Source of the DNA: an uncultured Bacteroidales bacterium
GTDB taxonomy: Bacteria > Bacteroidota > Bacteroidia > Bacteroidales > JAGOPY01
Assembly (NCBI GenBank): GCA_963787195.1
Contig: CAWBCI010000003.1
Coordinates: 79,364 to 143,363 of the forward strand
Reading direction: 5' to 3'
DNA: 64,000 nucleotides
Position numbers and translations under genes: made by a program. The notes under the pieces were generated by a model, which ran no database searches, was not told the DNA's origin, and saw nothing but the letters and a program-made list of their open reading frames with translations. Every line of letters begins with the position of its first letter. Position 1 is the stretch's first letter. Positions 38,757 through 47,753 of this stretch are shown here, piece by piece.

Positions 38757-39740
38757 TCATTTATTTTTTGGCTGAAATTTTAATATGGTCCCTTCATGGC
38801 CAGCGCCCTCATTTGAAATGTATAATGTGGCATCCGGGCCGAAACATATGCCTTCCGGCTGACGAAATATCTGCGAATTGAGCTCTATTATGGCCAGCAT
38901 TTTTCCCTCCCGGCTGAATACCGTCAATAGCTTACCTACAGAGCCCAGGATGTATAGATTCCCTGTTTGAGGATGGATCGCAATACCTGATGGCTGAAAG
39001 CTTTTATCTCCATTCGATGGATCCAGGTATGCCATTATTTCAAGCCCCAGCCGGGTCATGCCATTGTAATTACTGTAATATCTGATACTGTCCAGGCTGA
39101 TCAATAAAAAAAGATCCTTGTCCAATTTTTTACTTTCAGGATTAAAACTATAAACAGCTTTATAGTCCCCTCCATTTTTTTCATCCAGAAAAGGATGGCC
39201 TTTACAGGCAATGAGAAGATTCTTATTCAAGGGATCATAAGCCAGGCCTTCTGCATTATTCCTGCCTGATAATTCAGTAGTATGTTTTTTTACCTTCGGA
39301 TAGGCATCCTTTATAAAATCTTTCACTTTATACAAAGTCCCATTACTTTTTAAAACCCAGGCATCATTCCCAATTAGTTCTATTCCTTCAAAATCGCCAT
39401 CATCAGCAAATTCTATTTTCGATTCGATTTTACCGGCCTTCAGATTGAAAACATAAATAATTCCTTTTTCATCCTGAACGCAGGCAAGTCTGTCAGGATC
39501 AATAAAACTCAAACCTGAGATTTCAACGAGCGTTTTTGGCATTTTCCATGATTTATCGGGCTTATTCAGTTGGTATGGAAAATTATAAGCAGGATTTTTA
39601 AAGAGGGTATAAGTATCATTATCCTGCGGGAAAACTGTTGAACAACAGGTTGAGAAGAGTATCAGCAATAGTGCATATAACCGATGGGTTAACCCATCAG
39701 TTATCACAGATAATATAGTGCTTGCATCCAGGAAGTACAT
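38757..39740 (-). CDS. secreted beta-propeller protein (SdiA-regulated/YjiK-like)
   Basis: 327 aa with a signal-like N-terminus. PKTLVEISGLSF..ACVQDEKGIIYVF..FEGIELIG pattern. Confidence 0.45.
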   Translation of the reverse strand: MYFLDASTILSVITDGLTHRLYALLLILFSTCCSTVFPQDNDTYTLFKNPAYNFPYQLNKPDKSWKMPKTLVEISGLSFIDPDRLACVQDEKGIIYVFNLKAGKIESKIEFADDGDFEGIELIGNDAWVLKSNGTLYKVKDFIKDAYPKVKKHTTELSGRNNAEGLAYDPLNKNLLIACKGHPFLDEKNGGDYKAVYSFNPESKKLDKDLFLLISLDSIRYYSNYNGMTRLGLEIMAYLDPSNGDKSFQPSGIAIHPQTGNLYILGSVGKLLTVFSREGKMLAIIELNSQIFRQPEGICFGPDATLYISNEGAGHEGTILKFQPKNK

Positions 39741-39800
39741 TAAATTTCAGCTTGATGATTTTTCAGCCTTAAGGCCTCCCCGAAGGCTCATTAAAGAATA

Positions 39801-40985
39801 TCAAAACGGACTAAGCGGTAATAAAATATTTAGCAGGAAAACAATTACAGTCAGGATGATGCCTATCATGAATACATTGTAAGCTATTTTAACCAACCTG
39901 AATTTTTTTGATAGGATTTTGCCTAATGAATATTGATTTTTAATCATTATGGAATAAAGATGTTCATCATCTTTCATCATATCCTTGAAAGCTTTCAGAT
40001 AATCTTCATAACTTAATTTGACGAAATTCCCGAAAAAGATAAGGTCAACATTCTTTTGCTCAATATCAAGCTCTGAAAATTTAATGTTACGCACATTTGG
40101 TCTTGTTGACATAATAGCGATAATTATCGTTATTAAACAGATAATCAGAAAGAGAAGAATAGGCACAATATTATGGGACATATTTCCAATTCTGCCGGCA
40201 AGCATGGTAATAATGATTGAGATAATAATTGCATTGACTGATATCAGGATATTCGATTTGCGATCCGCCATAGTATTCAGAGTGATTTGATTACGTGCTG
40301 TCAGACGGAATAAAGTTTCAACGCCTCTCGGGTATGAATTGCTTTTTTTATCGGTGTTTTCTTTTTTATTTTCTATTAATTTACGCCTTTTCATCCGCTC
40401 GCTTATTCGTTTGGCCGTGGCTTCTTTTTTAGCTTGAAGTATCGTCTTTCCATATTCAGTAAAATAGCTGTGTTTTGTAAAAAAATCAATACTTCCTTTT
40501 TCGAAAATGCTGCGTTTGTGGAACTTGGATTTCGCCAGGGCTCTTTCATCATAAAGCAGATCAAATTGTTCCAGGGCATTTTCAGATGCAATATACATCA
40601 TGTCAGCATCACAAAGCACTTCCGCAATTTTATCCTTCGGGCCTTCATATTGTTTAGTTGCCTTGATTATTTCAGAAATATGATCGATGCTTTGCTGATC
40701 AACTGCATGTTCTGCCAAAAATGCAGATGTAATTTTTATGCTTTCCTCCTTATAATTTTCATAAGAATTCACATATCCCGTATCATGAAACAAGGCACAT
40801 ATCCTGAGAATATTCATTTCGTCAGCACTCAGATCTGTTTGCGCTCCAATAGTTTCAGCATATTTTTTAACCAGTAGAGCATGATTGAAATTATGAAAAA
40901 GGATATTTTCAGGTAATTTTTCAGAAAGCAATGCAGAAAGATAATTTTCTGATTCAGCAATTAAAAGATCATTAATTTTACTCAT
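39801..40985 (-). CDS. HD-domain phosphohydrolase fused to a C-terminal 3-TM module (possibly PycTM/DUF5706-like)
   Basis: The ATG at 40985 (MSKINDLL..) avoids overlap with the divergent gene. HD motif (FHNFNHA...CALFHDTGY). C-terminal LFRLTARNQITLNTMADRKSNILISVNAIIISIIITML plus two more TM helices. Confidence 0.55.
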   Translation of the reverse strand: MSKINDLLIAESENYLSALLSEKLPENILFHNFNHALLVKKYAETIGAQTDLSADEMNILRICALFHDTGYVNSYENYKEESIKITSAFLAEHAVDQQSIDHISEIIKATKQYEGPKDKIAEVLCDADMMYIASENALEQFDLLYDERALAKSKFHKRSIFEKGSIDFFTKHSYFTEYGKTILQAKKEATAKRISERMKRRKLIENKKENTDKKSNSYPRGVETLFRLTARNQITLNTMADRKSNILISVNAIIISIIITMLAGRIGNMSHNIVPILLFLIICLITIIIAIMSTRPNVRNIKFSELDIEQKNVDLIFFGNFVKLSYEDYLKAFKDMMKDDEHLYSIMIKNQYSLGKILSKKFRLVKIAYNVFMIGIILTVIVFLLNILLPLSPF

Positions 40986-41136
40986 AATGCATTGTAGATT
41001 AATTATCAAAAATACTAAACTATTGACCTGAATCCTGTTGATTTTCATTTTTGTCCCCGTCATTTGCAACTTTTTATCTTCCAAAAGGTTAATATAGTGA
41101 TACAAACACAAATTTTGAATGACACTAAACAGCTTC

Positions 41137-42186
41137 ATGAATAAAACAGCATGCTTAATTATCATAGCCGGTTTTATTTCCTTCAGTAATTTATTGGCTC
41201 AGGATAACATCATTGGGCAGCCTATGCCTTTATTTCAGTCTGAAGAAATATTGGATCTTGATTTACAAGCCGACTTTAAAACTGTATTTTCTGTAAAGGA
41301 TGATTCAACCTTGTTCCCTGCAACGATTTCTTTAAGGGATAATGCAGGCATGAAAAGAACGATTGATATCAGGATAAGAACACGTGGCCATACACGCCGT
41401 GAAAATGATGTTTGCAGTTTTACTCCCTTGCTTTTAAATTTCCCCAAAAAAGAAACTAAAAACACGCCTTTCAAGGGGCAAAAATCTATAAAACTTGTGA
41501 CGCATTGTAACAAGCCCCACTCATTTGAACAAAATACTATATTGGAATATTTAATATATAAGGTTTATAATGTTTTGACCGATAGTTCTTTTAAAGTGAG
41601 GCCTGCTTATATTAATTATGTTTATCAAGGTAAAAAGGCAGATACTGTGCGGAAATTCGCCTTTTTTATCGAGCGTGAAAAATATCTGGCCCGACGCCTG
41701 AAAGGAATCGAAATAGAGGATGAACAGATACATCCCAACCGCTTGAATCCTTATCAAACCTGTTTGATGGATATGTTTCAATATATGATTGGAAATACCG
41801 ATTATTCGATTTATAAACTCCATAATATCGTATTGGTAGTCGATTCTTCACGCATATATTCACCCCTGGCGATTCCCTATGATTTTGACTGGAGTGGATT
41901 GATTTCAGCGATTTATGCTGTACCACATCCTTTAATAAATGCGGACAAAGTGAGTGTAAGGGTTTATCGTGGATTTAAGAAAAGCCCGGAAATCGTCTCT
42001 CAAACTATTCAGGTATTCAATGCGAAAAAGCAGGAAATTTATCAATTATTCGAAAATTGTGAATTATTGGATAATAATAGAAAAAAACAGGTCGTCAATT
42101 ATTTAGATGAATTTTACCTGATCATTAACAATGACCGGAGTGTGAAAAGAGAGTTTTTTGATAATGCCAGGGTGGTACACGACTAG
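41137..42186 (+). CDS. hypothetical secreted protein
   Basis: ATG at 41137 (MNKTACLIIIAGFISFSNLLAQ signal). About 350 aa, no motif recognised. Confidence 0.45.
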   Translation: MNKTACLIIIAGFISFSNLLAQDNIIGQPMPLFQSEEILDLDLQADFKTVFSVKDDSTLFPATISLRDNAGMKRTIDIRIRTRGHTRRENDVCSFTPLLLNFPKKETKNTPFKGQKSIKLVTHCNKPHSFEQNTILEYLIYKVYNVLTDSSFKVRPAYINYVYQGKKADTVRKFAFFIEREKYLARRLKGIEIEDEQIHPNRLNPYQTCLMDMFQYMIGNTDYSIYKLHNIVLVVDSSRIYSPLAIPYDFDWSGLISAIYAVPHPLINADKVSVRVYRGFKKSPEIVSQTIQVFNAKKQEIYQLFENCELLDNNRKKQVVNYLDEFYLIINNDRSVKREFFDNARVVHD

Positions 42187-42193
42187 AAGAAGA

Positions 42194-42235
42194 GTGTAGA
42201 GTGTAGAGTGTAGAGTGTAGAGTGTAGAGTGTAGA
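42194..42235 (+). repeat. perfect heptamer array (GTGTAGA)x6
   Basis: Six exact units. It begins 8 nt after stop TAG 42184-42186, and its last base is the A of the ATG at 42235. Confidence 0.95.
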
Positions 42236-43860
42236 TGAATAAATTATTAATGCTTATGAATAGGGGCATCTTGAAAATATGGGTAATATTAATGGCTATT
42301 GTTTGGTCTGTTCCTGTAATAGGGCAGGACAAAGAAGAGAAATCAGCAATAAAAGCTATTAAAAATGGTGATATTGAATTATTAAAATCATACCTGAATA
42401 AGCATCCGGATTTAAATTGTGAATTCAGTAATGGGAAAACCGGATTATATTATGCAATTGTAAATGACCAGGTTAAAACAAGTGAATTCTTACTTAAGAG
42501 AGGGGCCAATCCAAATTTTATCGTAAATGATCATTCCACATTGGTTTGGGCAATAAAATACGGCCGGGCAAGAATAGTCAGGTATTTGATAGAATATGGA
42601 GCTGAGGTGAATACACTTGATGAAAAACTTCGTACACCATTGATTTATGCTGCAGGACTTGACAATCTGGAAATTTGTAAAATACTTATTGATAGGGGCG
42701 CTGATCCTTTACCCACAAACCTGAAGGAAAAACCTGCCAGCAATTATGCCCACTTTCCTGACGAATCACTTACTTATAAGTACCTGCTGTTGATGGAAAA
42801 GCTATACAAAAGTCAGGATACGATTCCTTCCATGCATGATGGTCCCTATATTTACCAGGATGGTGATGACCAAATAGTGATGACCTATTACGAGCATAAT
42901 CAGGCTAAAAGCCTCACCCGTCTTATTGAGAAAACCATTGATTTAGGAAAAACAGATACGATTGTTGAGGGAATAGTTTGGGACCCGAACTCCTATCACA
43001 TTATACACAAGTATAATCCGAATCCTGATTCAATCAATACAAGTGGAAATATATTCGCTATCGGGGATATTCATGGCAGGTACCATGCCCTAGTAAATCT
43101 TTTAAAGAATAATAAAATCATTGATTCTGATTTAAACTGGATTTTTGGTAATGGTCAGCTTGTTTTACTGGGTGATGTATTTGATCGCGGTGACCTGGTT
43201 ACTGAGACCTTATGGTTTCTCTATGAATTGGAAATTCAGGCTCAAAAATCCGGAGGGAATGTACATCTCTTATTGGGAAATCATGAAATAATGGAAATGA
43301 CCGGAGATGATCGCTATCTAAACGACAAATACAGGTATTTCACTCAATATACACGAACTGATTATTCTCAGTTATATGAAAAAAATACAGTGTTGGGAAG
43401 ATGGTTGCGAAGTCAGAATGTAATTGTCCGGATCAATGACTATTTATTCCTGCACGCGGGCATTTCACCTCAGTTTGCAGTACATGCTTATGCATTTTCA
43501 GACCTTAATTCCAGGGTCCGGAATTACCTCAATTCTGATTATAATATTAAAAAGGGAAGTGAGGAAGATTTTATTTTAGGCGCCTTTGGTCCGCTTTGGT
43601 ACAGGGGATATGGAAATTTTAAGGTCAATTTTCCGGAGCTCTCACAAGAATTCATTGATATATATTTAAATTCAAAAGGCCTGAAAAGGATGATCCATGG
43701 ACATGATAATCAAGACTCAATCAGTACATCTTATGAAGGAAAAATTATCTCTTGTGATGTGGAAATTGATGAAAGTGGAAAATCGGCCCAGGGATTATTA
43801 ATTTCCGGGGATGAGATATACAAGTGCTTCTCTGATGGGAGGAGAGAGAGGATTGAATGA
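42235..43860 (+). CDS. ankyrin-repeat protein fused to a calcineurin-like (PPP-type) metallophosphoesterase
   Basis: Signal/TM N-terminus. 3-4 ankyrin repeats (G.T.L..A....). Phosphoesterase motifs GDIHGRYHAL, LGDVFDRGD, GNHE, LHAGI. Confidence 0.75.
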   Translation: MNKLLMLMNRGILKIWVILMAIVWSVPVIGQDKEEKSAIKAIKNGDIELLKSYLNKHPDLNCEFSNGKTGLYYAIVNDQVKTSEFLLKRGANPNFIVNDHSTLVWAIKYGRARIVRYLIEYGAEVNTLDEKLRTPLIYAAGLDNLEICKILIDRGADPLPTNLKEKPASNYAHFPDESLTYKYLLLMEKLYKSQDTIPSMHDGPYIYQDGDDQIVMTYYEHNQAKSLTRLIEKTIDLGKTDTIVEGIVWDPNSYHIIHKYNPNPDSINTSGNIFAIGDIHGRYHALVNLLKNNKIIDSDLNWIFGNGQLVLLGDVFDRGDLVTETLWFLYELEIQAQKSGGNVHLLLGNHEIMEMTGDDRYLNDKYRYFTQYTRTDYSQLYEKNTVLGRWLRSQNVIVRINDYLFLHAGISPQFAVHAYAFSDLNSRVRNYLNSDYNIKKGSEEDFILGAFGPLWYRGYGNFKVNFPELSQEFIDIYLNSKGLKRMIHGHDNQDSISTSYEGKIISCDVEIDESGKSAQGLLISGDEIYKCFSDGRRERIE

Positions 43861-43862
43861 AA

Positions 43863-43967
43863 TTACGCGATTGTCGCTTGTCGATTTTCGAATTTCGATT
43901 TGGATGTTCGATATTCGATATTCGATGTTCGGTTTTTATAGTTGGAAATCGGATATTGGATTGCGCT
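43863..43967. repeat. heptamer-register degenerate array (TCG-rich, about 15 units)
   Basis: TTACGCG ATTGTCG CTTGTCG ATTTTCG AATTTCG .. ATATTCG ATATTCG ATGTTCG .. AAATCGG ATATTGG ATTGCGC, with one 1-nt register slip. It starts 3 nt after stop 43860. Confidence 0.85.
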
Positions 43968-44031
43968 TCATATAAATAGAAGATGTTCTCACTATATGAA
44001 TAATAACTAATTTTGCAAGAAATTTAAAAAC

Positions 44032-44479
44032 ATGAAAACAAAGATCAATATAATCATCTTATTCGCAATTGTGGCATCATTTGCAGCAAGCTGCCAGGGA
44101 GTAACAAGCGGTCAGAAAGAACCCTGGAGCCAATCTCAATTGCTGGAACCCTCAAGCCTGGCGAAAACCATTAACAATCCGGATGCTAAGCAACCCATCG
44201 TCTTTTGCATAGGACCCCAGGCTGTGATCAAAGGCTCGGTGGATATAGGCCCTACAGGAAATAAAGCAAACCTGGACAAACTCCAGGCAAGACTTGAAAA
44301 GTTACCCAAAGATGCCGATATAGTGATCTATTGCGGCTGCTGTCCTTTCAGCCGTTGTCCCGAACATCAGGCCGGCCTTCGATCTTCTGAACAAAATGCA
44401 ATTCAAGAATCAGAAGCTGCTGGATCTGAAGCAAAATGTTAAGGTAGATTGGATAGACAAAGGATACCCTGTTGAATAG
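44032..44479 (+). CDS. rhodanese-like lipoprotein (needs a 1-nt correction)
   Basis: Removing one C of the CCC run at 44359-44361 gives ..IVIYCGCCPFSRCPNIRPAFDLLNKMQFKNQKLLDLKQNVKVDWIDKGYPVE*, with stop TAG 44477-44479. The track ORF 44032-44442 ends early. Confidence 0.55.
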
Positions 44480-44517
44480 TGTAGAGTGTAGAGTGTAGAG
44501 TGTAGAGTGTAGAGTGA
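44479..44517 (+). repeat. heptamer array (GTGTAGA)x5 + partial unit
   Basis: Five exact units, starting with the G of the corrected stop codon. It ends 21 nt before the ATG at 44538. Confidence 0.95.
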
Positions 44518-44537
44518 AAAATATTGAGAAATGAGAA

Positions 44538-45119
44538 ATGAATAAGATTGCGTTTATCATATTATTTTTTTGTGCATTCCAGATTCCCGATTTATTTGCA
44601 CAGACTGTCGGAACGGAAATCGGGGATACTGCTCCGGAGATCCGAATGGCTTCGCCAAAAGGAGATACCATTGCCTTATCTTCTCTGAGGGGAAAAATGG
44701 TGCTGATCGATTTCTGGGCCAGCTGGTGCCCACCCTGTGTCGAGGAACAGCCCAAACTCGTTCAGCTCCATAAGAAGTATAAAGATGCTGATTTCACCAA
44801 AGGCAAAGGCTTTGAGATCTATGGCGTTTCGCTGGATTCAAAGAAGGCTAACTGGGAAAAGATAATCAATATGGACGGCATAAACTGGATACAGGTCAGC
44901 GACCTGAAATTCTGGATGTCACCAGTAGCAAAGCTTTACAAACTGCAGGAAGTGCCCTATAACCTGCTGATTGATGGAAGCGGCAGGATCCTGGCCCTGA
45001 ACCTCCATGGCAATGAGCTGGAAGAAGTGCTTGGAGAAGTATTTGGCCAAATAAGAGTAGGAAGGTTCGTATATGCTCCCGTCGCCGCAATTATAATTGA
45101 TTTTAAAGCGCTAAACTGA
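44538..45119 (+). CDS. TlpA/ResA-like thiol-disulfide oxidoreductase (thioredoxin fold)
   Basis: Signal peptide and a FWASWCPPC active site. The 3' end is uncertain: an alternative frame gives ..EKYLAK* near 45050. Confidence 0.75.
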   Translation: MNKIAFIILFFCAFQIPDLFAQTVGTEIGDTAPEIRMASPKGDTIALSSLRGKMVLIDFWASWCPPCVEEQPKLVQLHKKYKDADFTKGKGFEIYGVSLDSKKANWEKIINMDGINWIQVSDLKFWMSPVAKLYKLQEVPYNLLIDGSGRILALNLHGNELEEVLGEVFGQIRVGRFVYAPVAAIIIDFKALN

Positions 45120-45126
45120 AATTCCT

Positions 45127-45458
45127 ATGAAATGGATTGACAACCTGGATGGAAATGTGATCGTTAGTGATGCGGAGGGACGATCATTTATATGAATGAA
45201 AAGGCGATCAGGAATTATGAAAAAGACGGGGGAGCGGACCTGATCGGCCGCAAGCTGATGGACTGCCATGGTGAGGGATCACGAAAGAAGATCAATGAGA
45301 TCATGACCACCCATCAGAAGAATGTCTACACCATAGAAAAGCGGGGCCGGAAAAAGATCATTTACCAGAGTCCCTGGATGGAAGGAGATGAATTTAAAGG
45401 GATTATAGAATTATCCCTGGAGATACCCTTCGAAATGCCGCATTATAAAAGAGACTGA
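45127..45458 (+). CDS. small PAS-domain protein (needs a 1-nt correction)
   Basis: The frame from the ATG at 45127 (MKWIDNLDGNVIVSDAEG) joins ORF 45192-45458 (..IIYMNEKAIRNYEKDGGADLIGRKLMDCH..) if one G is added to the GGG run at 45177-45179. Confidence 0.5.
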
Positions 45459-45496
45459 TCCTGCAAAAGTATCCATGAAATTTTAGTAGCTTGAAG

Positions 45497-45657
45497 ATAT
45501 CCGATACCCGATACTCGATATTCGATTGCGTGATAGAACGATTGCGCGACGTATGCGATGTAATATAATTACACGATTGTCAATTGTCGATTTTTGATTT
45601 TCAATGTAAATTTTCGGTTTTCGATGGGCGATTGGGAAATACTAATTGGGAAAGTTG
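45497..45657. repeat. heptamer-register degenerate array (23 units)
   Basis: ATATCCG ATACCCG ATACTCG ATATTCG ... CGATTGT CAATTGT CGATTTT TGATTTT CAATGTA AATTTTC GGTTTTC GATGGGC GATTGGG AAATACT AATTGGG. The sub-block 45569-45640 is a copy of 55072-55146. Confidence 0.85.
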
Positions 45658-45761
45658 ATAAATTAATTTGTCCATTTAAGGTTTAAAGATGAACATGTAG
45701 TTTTAAGTTTATTATTAAATTTGGTTCAGAAACCAAATGTTAATTACAACAAATTAAGACT

Positions 45762-46289
45762 ATGAAATCCGTAATCTTAGTTCTGGCCATGCTAATAATT
45801 AATATCCTGGATATTTACGGTCAAAGTAAAAAACAGGATTATCCGGATAAAAAATATTATAAGAAAGCTATATTGACCCTTTATGATCAGTCACCACGAA
45901 GCATTAAAAATATTTCCTTTGATGGAGATACATTAAGTTTTATAGATCAGCAAACATATAGGAAAGAAAAGATTTCCATTTATGATATTGAAGAAATAAA
46001 AGTCAAAACAAAAACAGCAATAATTGGTGGCGCTGTTTTGGGTGCTGTTTTACCGACAATTTTCATTTTAGAAAGCCTTATTGATAATACCCCTAATGCA
46101 GATAATGCAGGTGTGATTGCAGCTAGTATAATTGGTGGAGGGGCGATTATTGGCGCTGCAATCGGGTATTCAATACCTATATGGAAGACATATCATTTTG
46201 GGAACAAGCAAAAAACAGATTTGTCAATTAATTATATGATTCATGCAAGTCCATATATGCTTGGAACCACCCTTGTTTTCAATTTTTAA
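45762..46289 (+). CDS. hypothetical protein with signal peptide and glycine-zipper membrane segments
   Basis: 175 aa. AIIGGAVLGAVLP and IIGGGAIIGAAIGY segments. Confidence 0.45.
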   Translation: MKSVILVLAMLIINILDIYGQSKKQDYPDKKYYKKAILTLYDQSPRSIKNISFDGDTLSFIDQQTYRKEKISIYDIEEIKVKTKTAIIGGAVLGAVLPTIFILESLIDNTPNADNAGVIAASIIGGGAIIGAAIGYSIPIWKTYHFGNKQKTDLSINYMIHASPYMLGTTLVFNF

Positions 46290-46327
46290 TTATAATTAAA
46301 GTTTTGCTATTGGAGAGGTCGATTTTT

Positions 46328-46383
46328 AATATCCGATATCTGATACCCGATATTTGATATCGAATATCGTTCAATCGTTTCGT
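46328..46383. repeat. heptamer array (GATATCN-type, 8 units)
   Basis: AATATCC GATATCT GATACCC GATATTT GATATCG AATATCG TTCAATC GTTTCGT. Confidence 0.85.
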
Positions 46384-46503
46384 CGTGCAATTTTTCACCT
46401 TTCTTTTCGCATTAAGTGTAATTAATTACTTTAGCTATTTTTCGATATGAATGAAAACCTGGAATGAATGACAGTTTAATATCATGATAAATCTGACACT
46501 CAT

Positions 46504-47730
46504 ATGATACCTGTAGAACAACGTTTTATTAATTATGCCCGGATTGACACCTGTTCCGATGAAAATTCAGGGACTTGTCCGAGTACTGAAAAGCAACTGG
46601 ACCTGGCACGTCTTTTAGTTGAAGAACTCAAAATGATCGGCCTGGAGGAAGTCGAACTGGATCAGAATGGCTATATAATGGCTACTCTACCGGCCAACAC
46701 CGAAAAAAATGTGCCGGTCATAGGTTTTATTGCCCATATGGATACCAGTCCCGACATGACCGGAACAAATGTCAACCCAAAGATCATCTCAAATTACGAT
46801 GGGGATGAAATTATCCTTAATGAAGAGAAAAATATAAGGCTTAGTCCGGGCGATTTCCCGGAACTGCTGCATTATACCGGACAGGACCTGATTGTAACCG
46901 ATGGCACAACTTTGCTGGGAGCCGATGATAAAGCCGGGATTGCCGAGATCATGGCTGCCATGGAATACCTTTCGGAACATCCTGAAATAATACATGGTAA
47001 AATAAGGATCTCGTTTACGGTTGATGAAGAAATCGGAAGAGGGGCCGATAAGTTTGATGTTGAAAAATTCGGCGCTTCCTATGCCTATACGGTTGACGGG
47101 GGAAAGATCGGTGAACTGGAATATGAAAATTTCAACGCTGCCCTTGCTACAATCACCATCCAGGGAAGGAATGTTCACCCGGGAACTGCAAAGAATGCCA
47201 TGATCAATTCCATTCACCTGGCACAGGAACTGAATGGCATGCTTCCTGTCCATCAGCGGCCTGAATATACCGATGCTTATGATGGCTTTTATCATCTTAT
47301 GGATATTAAGGGGACGGTGGAGGAAACAAAGTTTCGTTACATCATCCGTGATCACGATGCTTCAAAATTTGAGGAGATGAAAAATCATCTGAGCTCTTGT
47401 GTGGATTTCATGAATAGGAAATATCCGGGAAACCGCATAAAGCTTGATCTGAAGGATCAGTATTTTAATATGAAGGAAAAGATCGAGCCTGTGAAGTTTA
47501 TTGTCGATATAGCTGAACAGGCCATGACCGATTGCGGGGTAAAACCGCTCATCCAGCCCATAAGGGGAGGGACAGACGGCTCGAAACTTTCCTACATGGG
47601 GCTTCCCTGTCCGAATATATTTGCAGGAGGGCATAACTTTCACGGTAAATTCGAATACATACCCATTCAGTCGATGCAGAAAGCGGTGGAGGTTATCGTG
47701 AAGATAGCAAGTCTATTTGAAGTCCGTTGA
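46504..47730 (+). CDS. pepT: peptidase T (tripeptide aminopeptidase, M20B)
   Basis: Collinear with E. coli PepT as I recall it ([17 protein letters not shown]....[37 protein letters not shown]). Confidence 0.9.
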   Translation: MIPVEQRFINYARIDTCSDENSGTCPSTEKQLDLARLLVEELKMIGLEEVELDQNGYIMATLPANTEKNVPVIGFIAHMDTSPDMTGTNVNPKIISNYDGDEIILNEEKNIRLSPGDFPELLHYTGQDLIVTDGTTLLGADDKAGIAEIMAAMEYLSEHPEIIHGKIRISFTVDEEIGRGADKFDVEKFGASYAYTVDGGKIGELEYENFNAALATITIQGRNVHPGTAKNAMINSIHLAQELNGMLPVHQRPEYTDAYDGFYHLMDIKGTVEETKFRYIIRDHDASKFEEMKNHLSSCVDFMNRKYPGNRIKLDLKDQYFNMKEKIEPVKFIVDIAEQAMTDCGVKPLIQPIRGGTDGSKLSYMGLPCPNIFAGGHNFHGKFEYIPIQSMQKAVEVIVKIASLFEVR

Positions 47731-47753
47731 AATCGGTACAGACCGCAAAAACC

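Noticed and set aside
38757-42186. The HD-TM protein considered as part of a complete Pycsar/CBASS-like defence operon.
   Set aside because: No nucleotide cyclase or other defence gene is adjacent. The neighbours are a secreted propeller protein and a hypothetical secreted protein on mixed strands.
42194-44517. (GUGUAGA)n read as a UAG-N4 periodic RNA site for a ring-shaped RNA-binding protein of the HutP or TRAP type.
   Set aside because: The UAG-N4 spacing does match the HutP site as I recall it. However, the other heptamer families (TTCGATA, GGTTAAT, GTGAGAC, CAAT-type) lack UAG, no such protein is encoded here, and HutP is a Bacillus system. The idea is unsupported.
42194-46383. Tandem arrays considered as possible CRISPR arrays.
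   Set aside because: The period is 7-8 nt with no unique spacers, the arrays are 30-160 nt long, and no cas genes are in the window. This is not CRISPR architecture.
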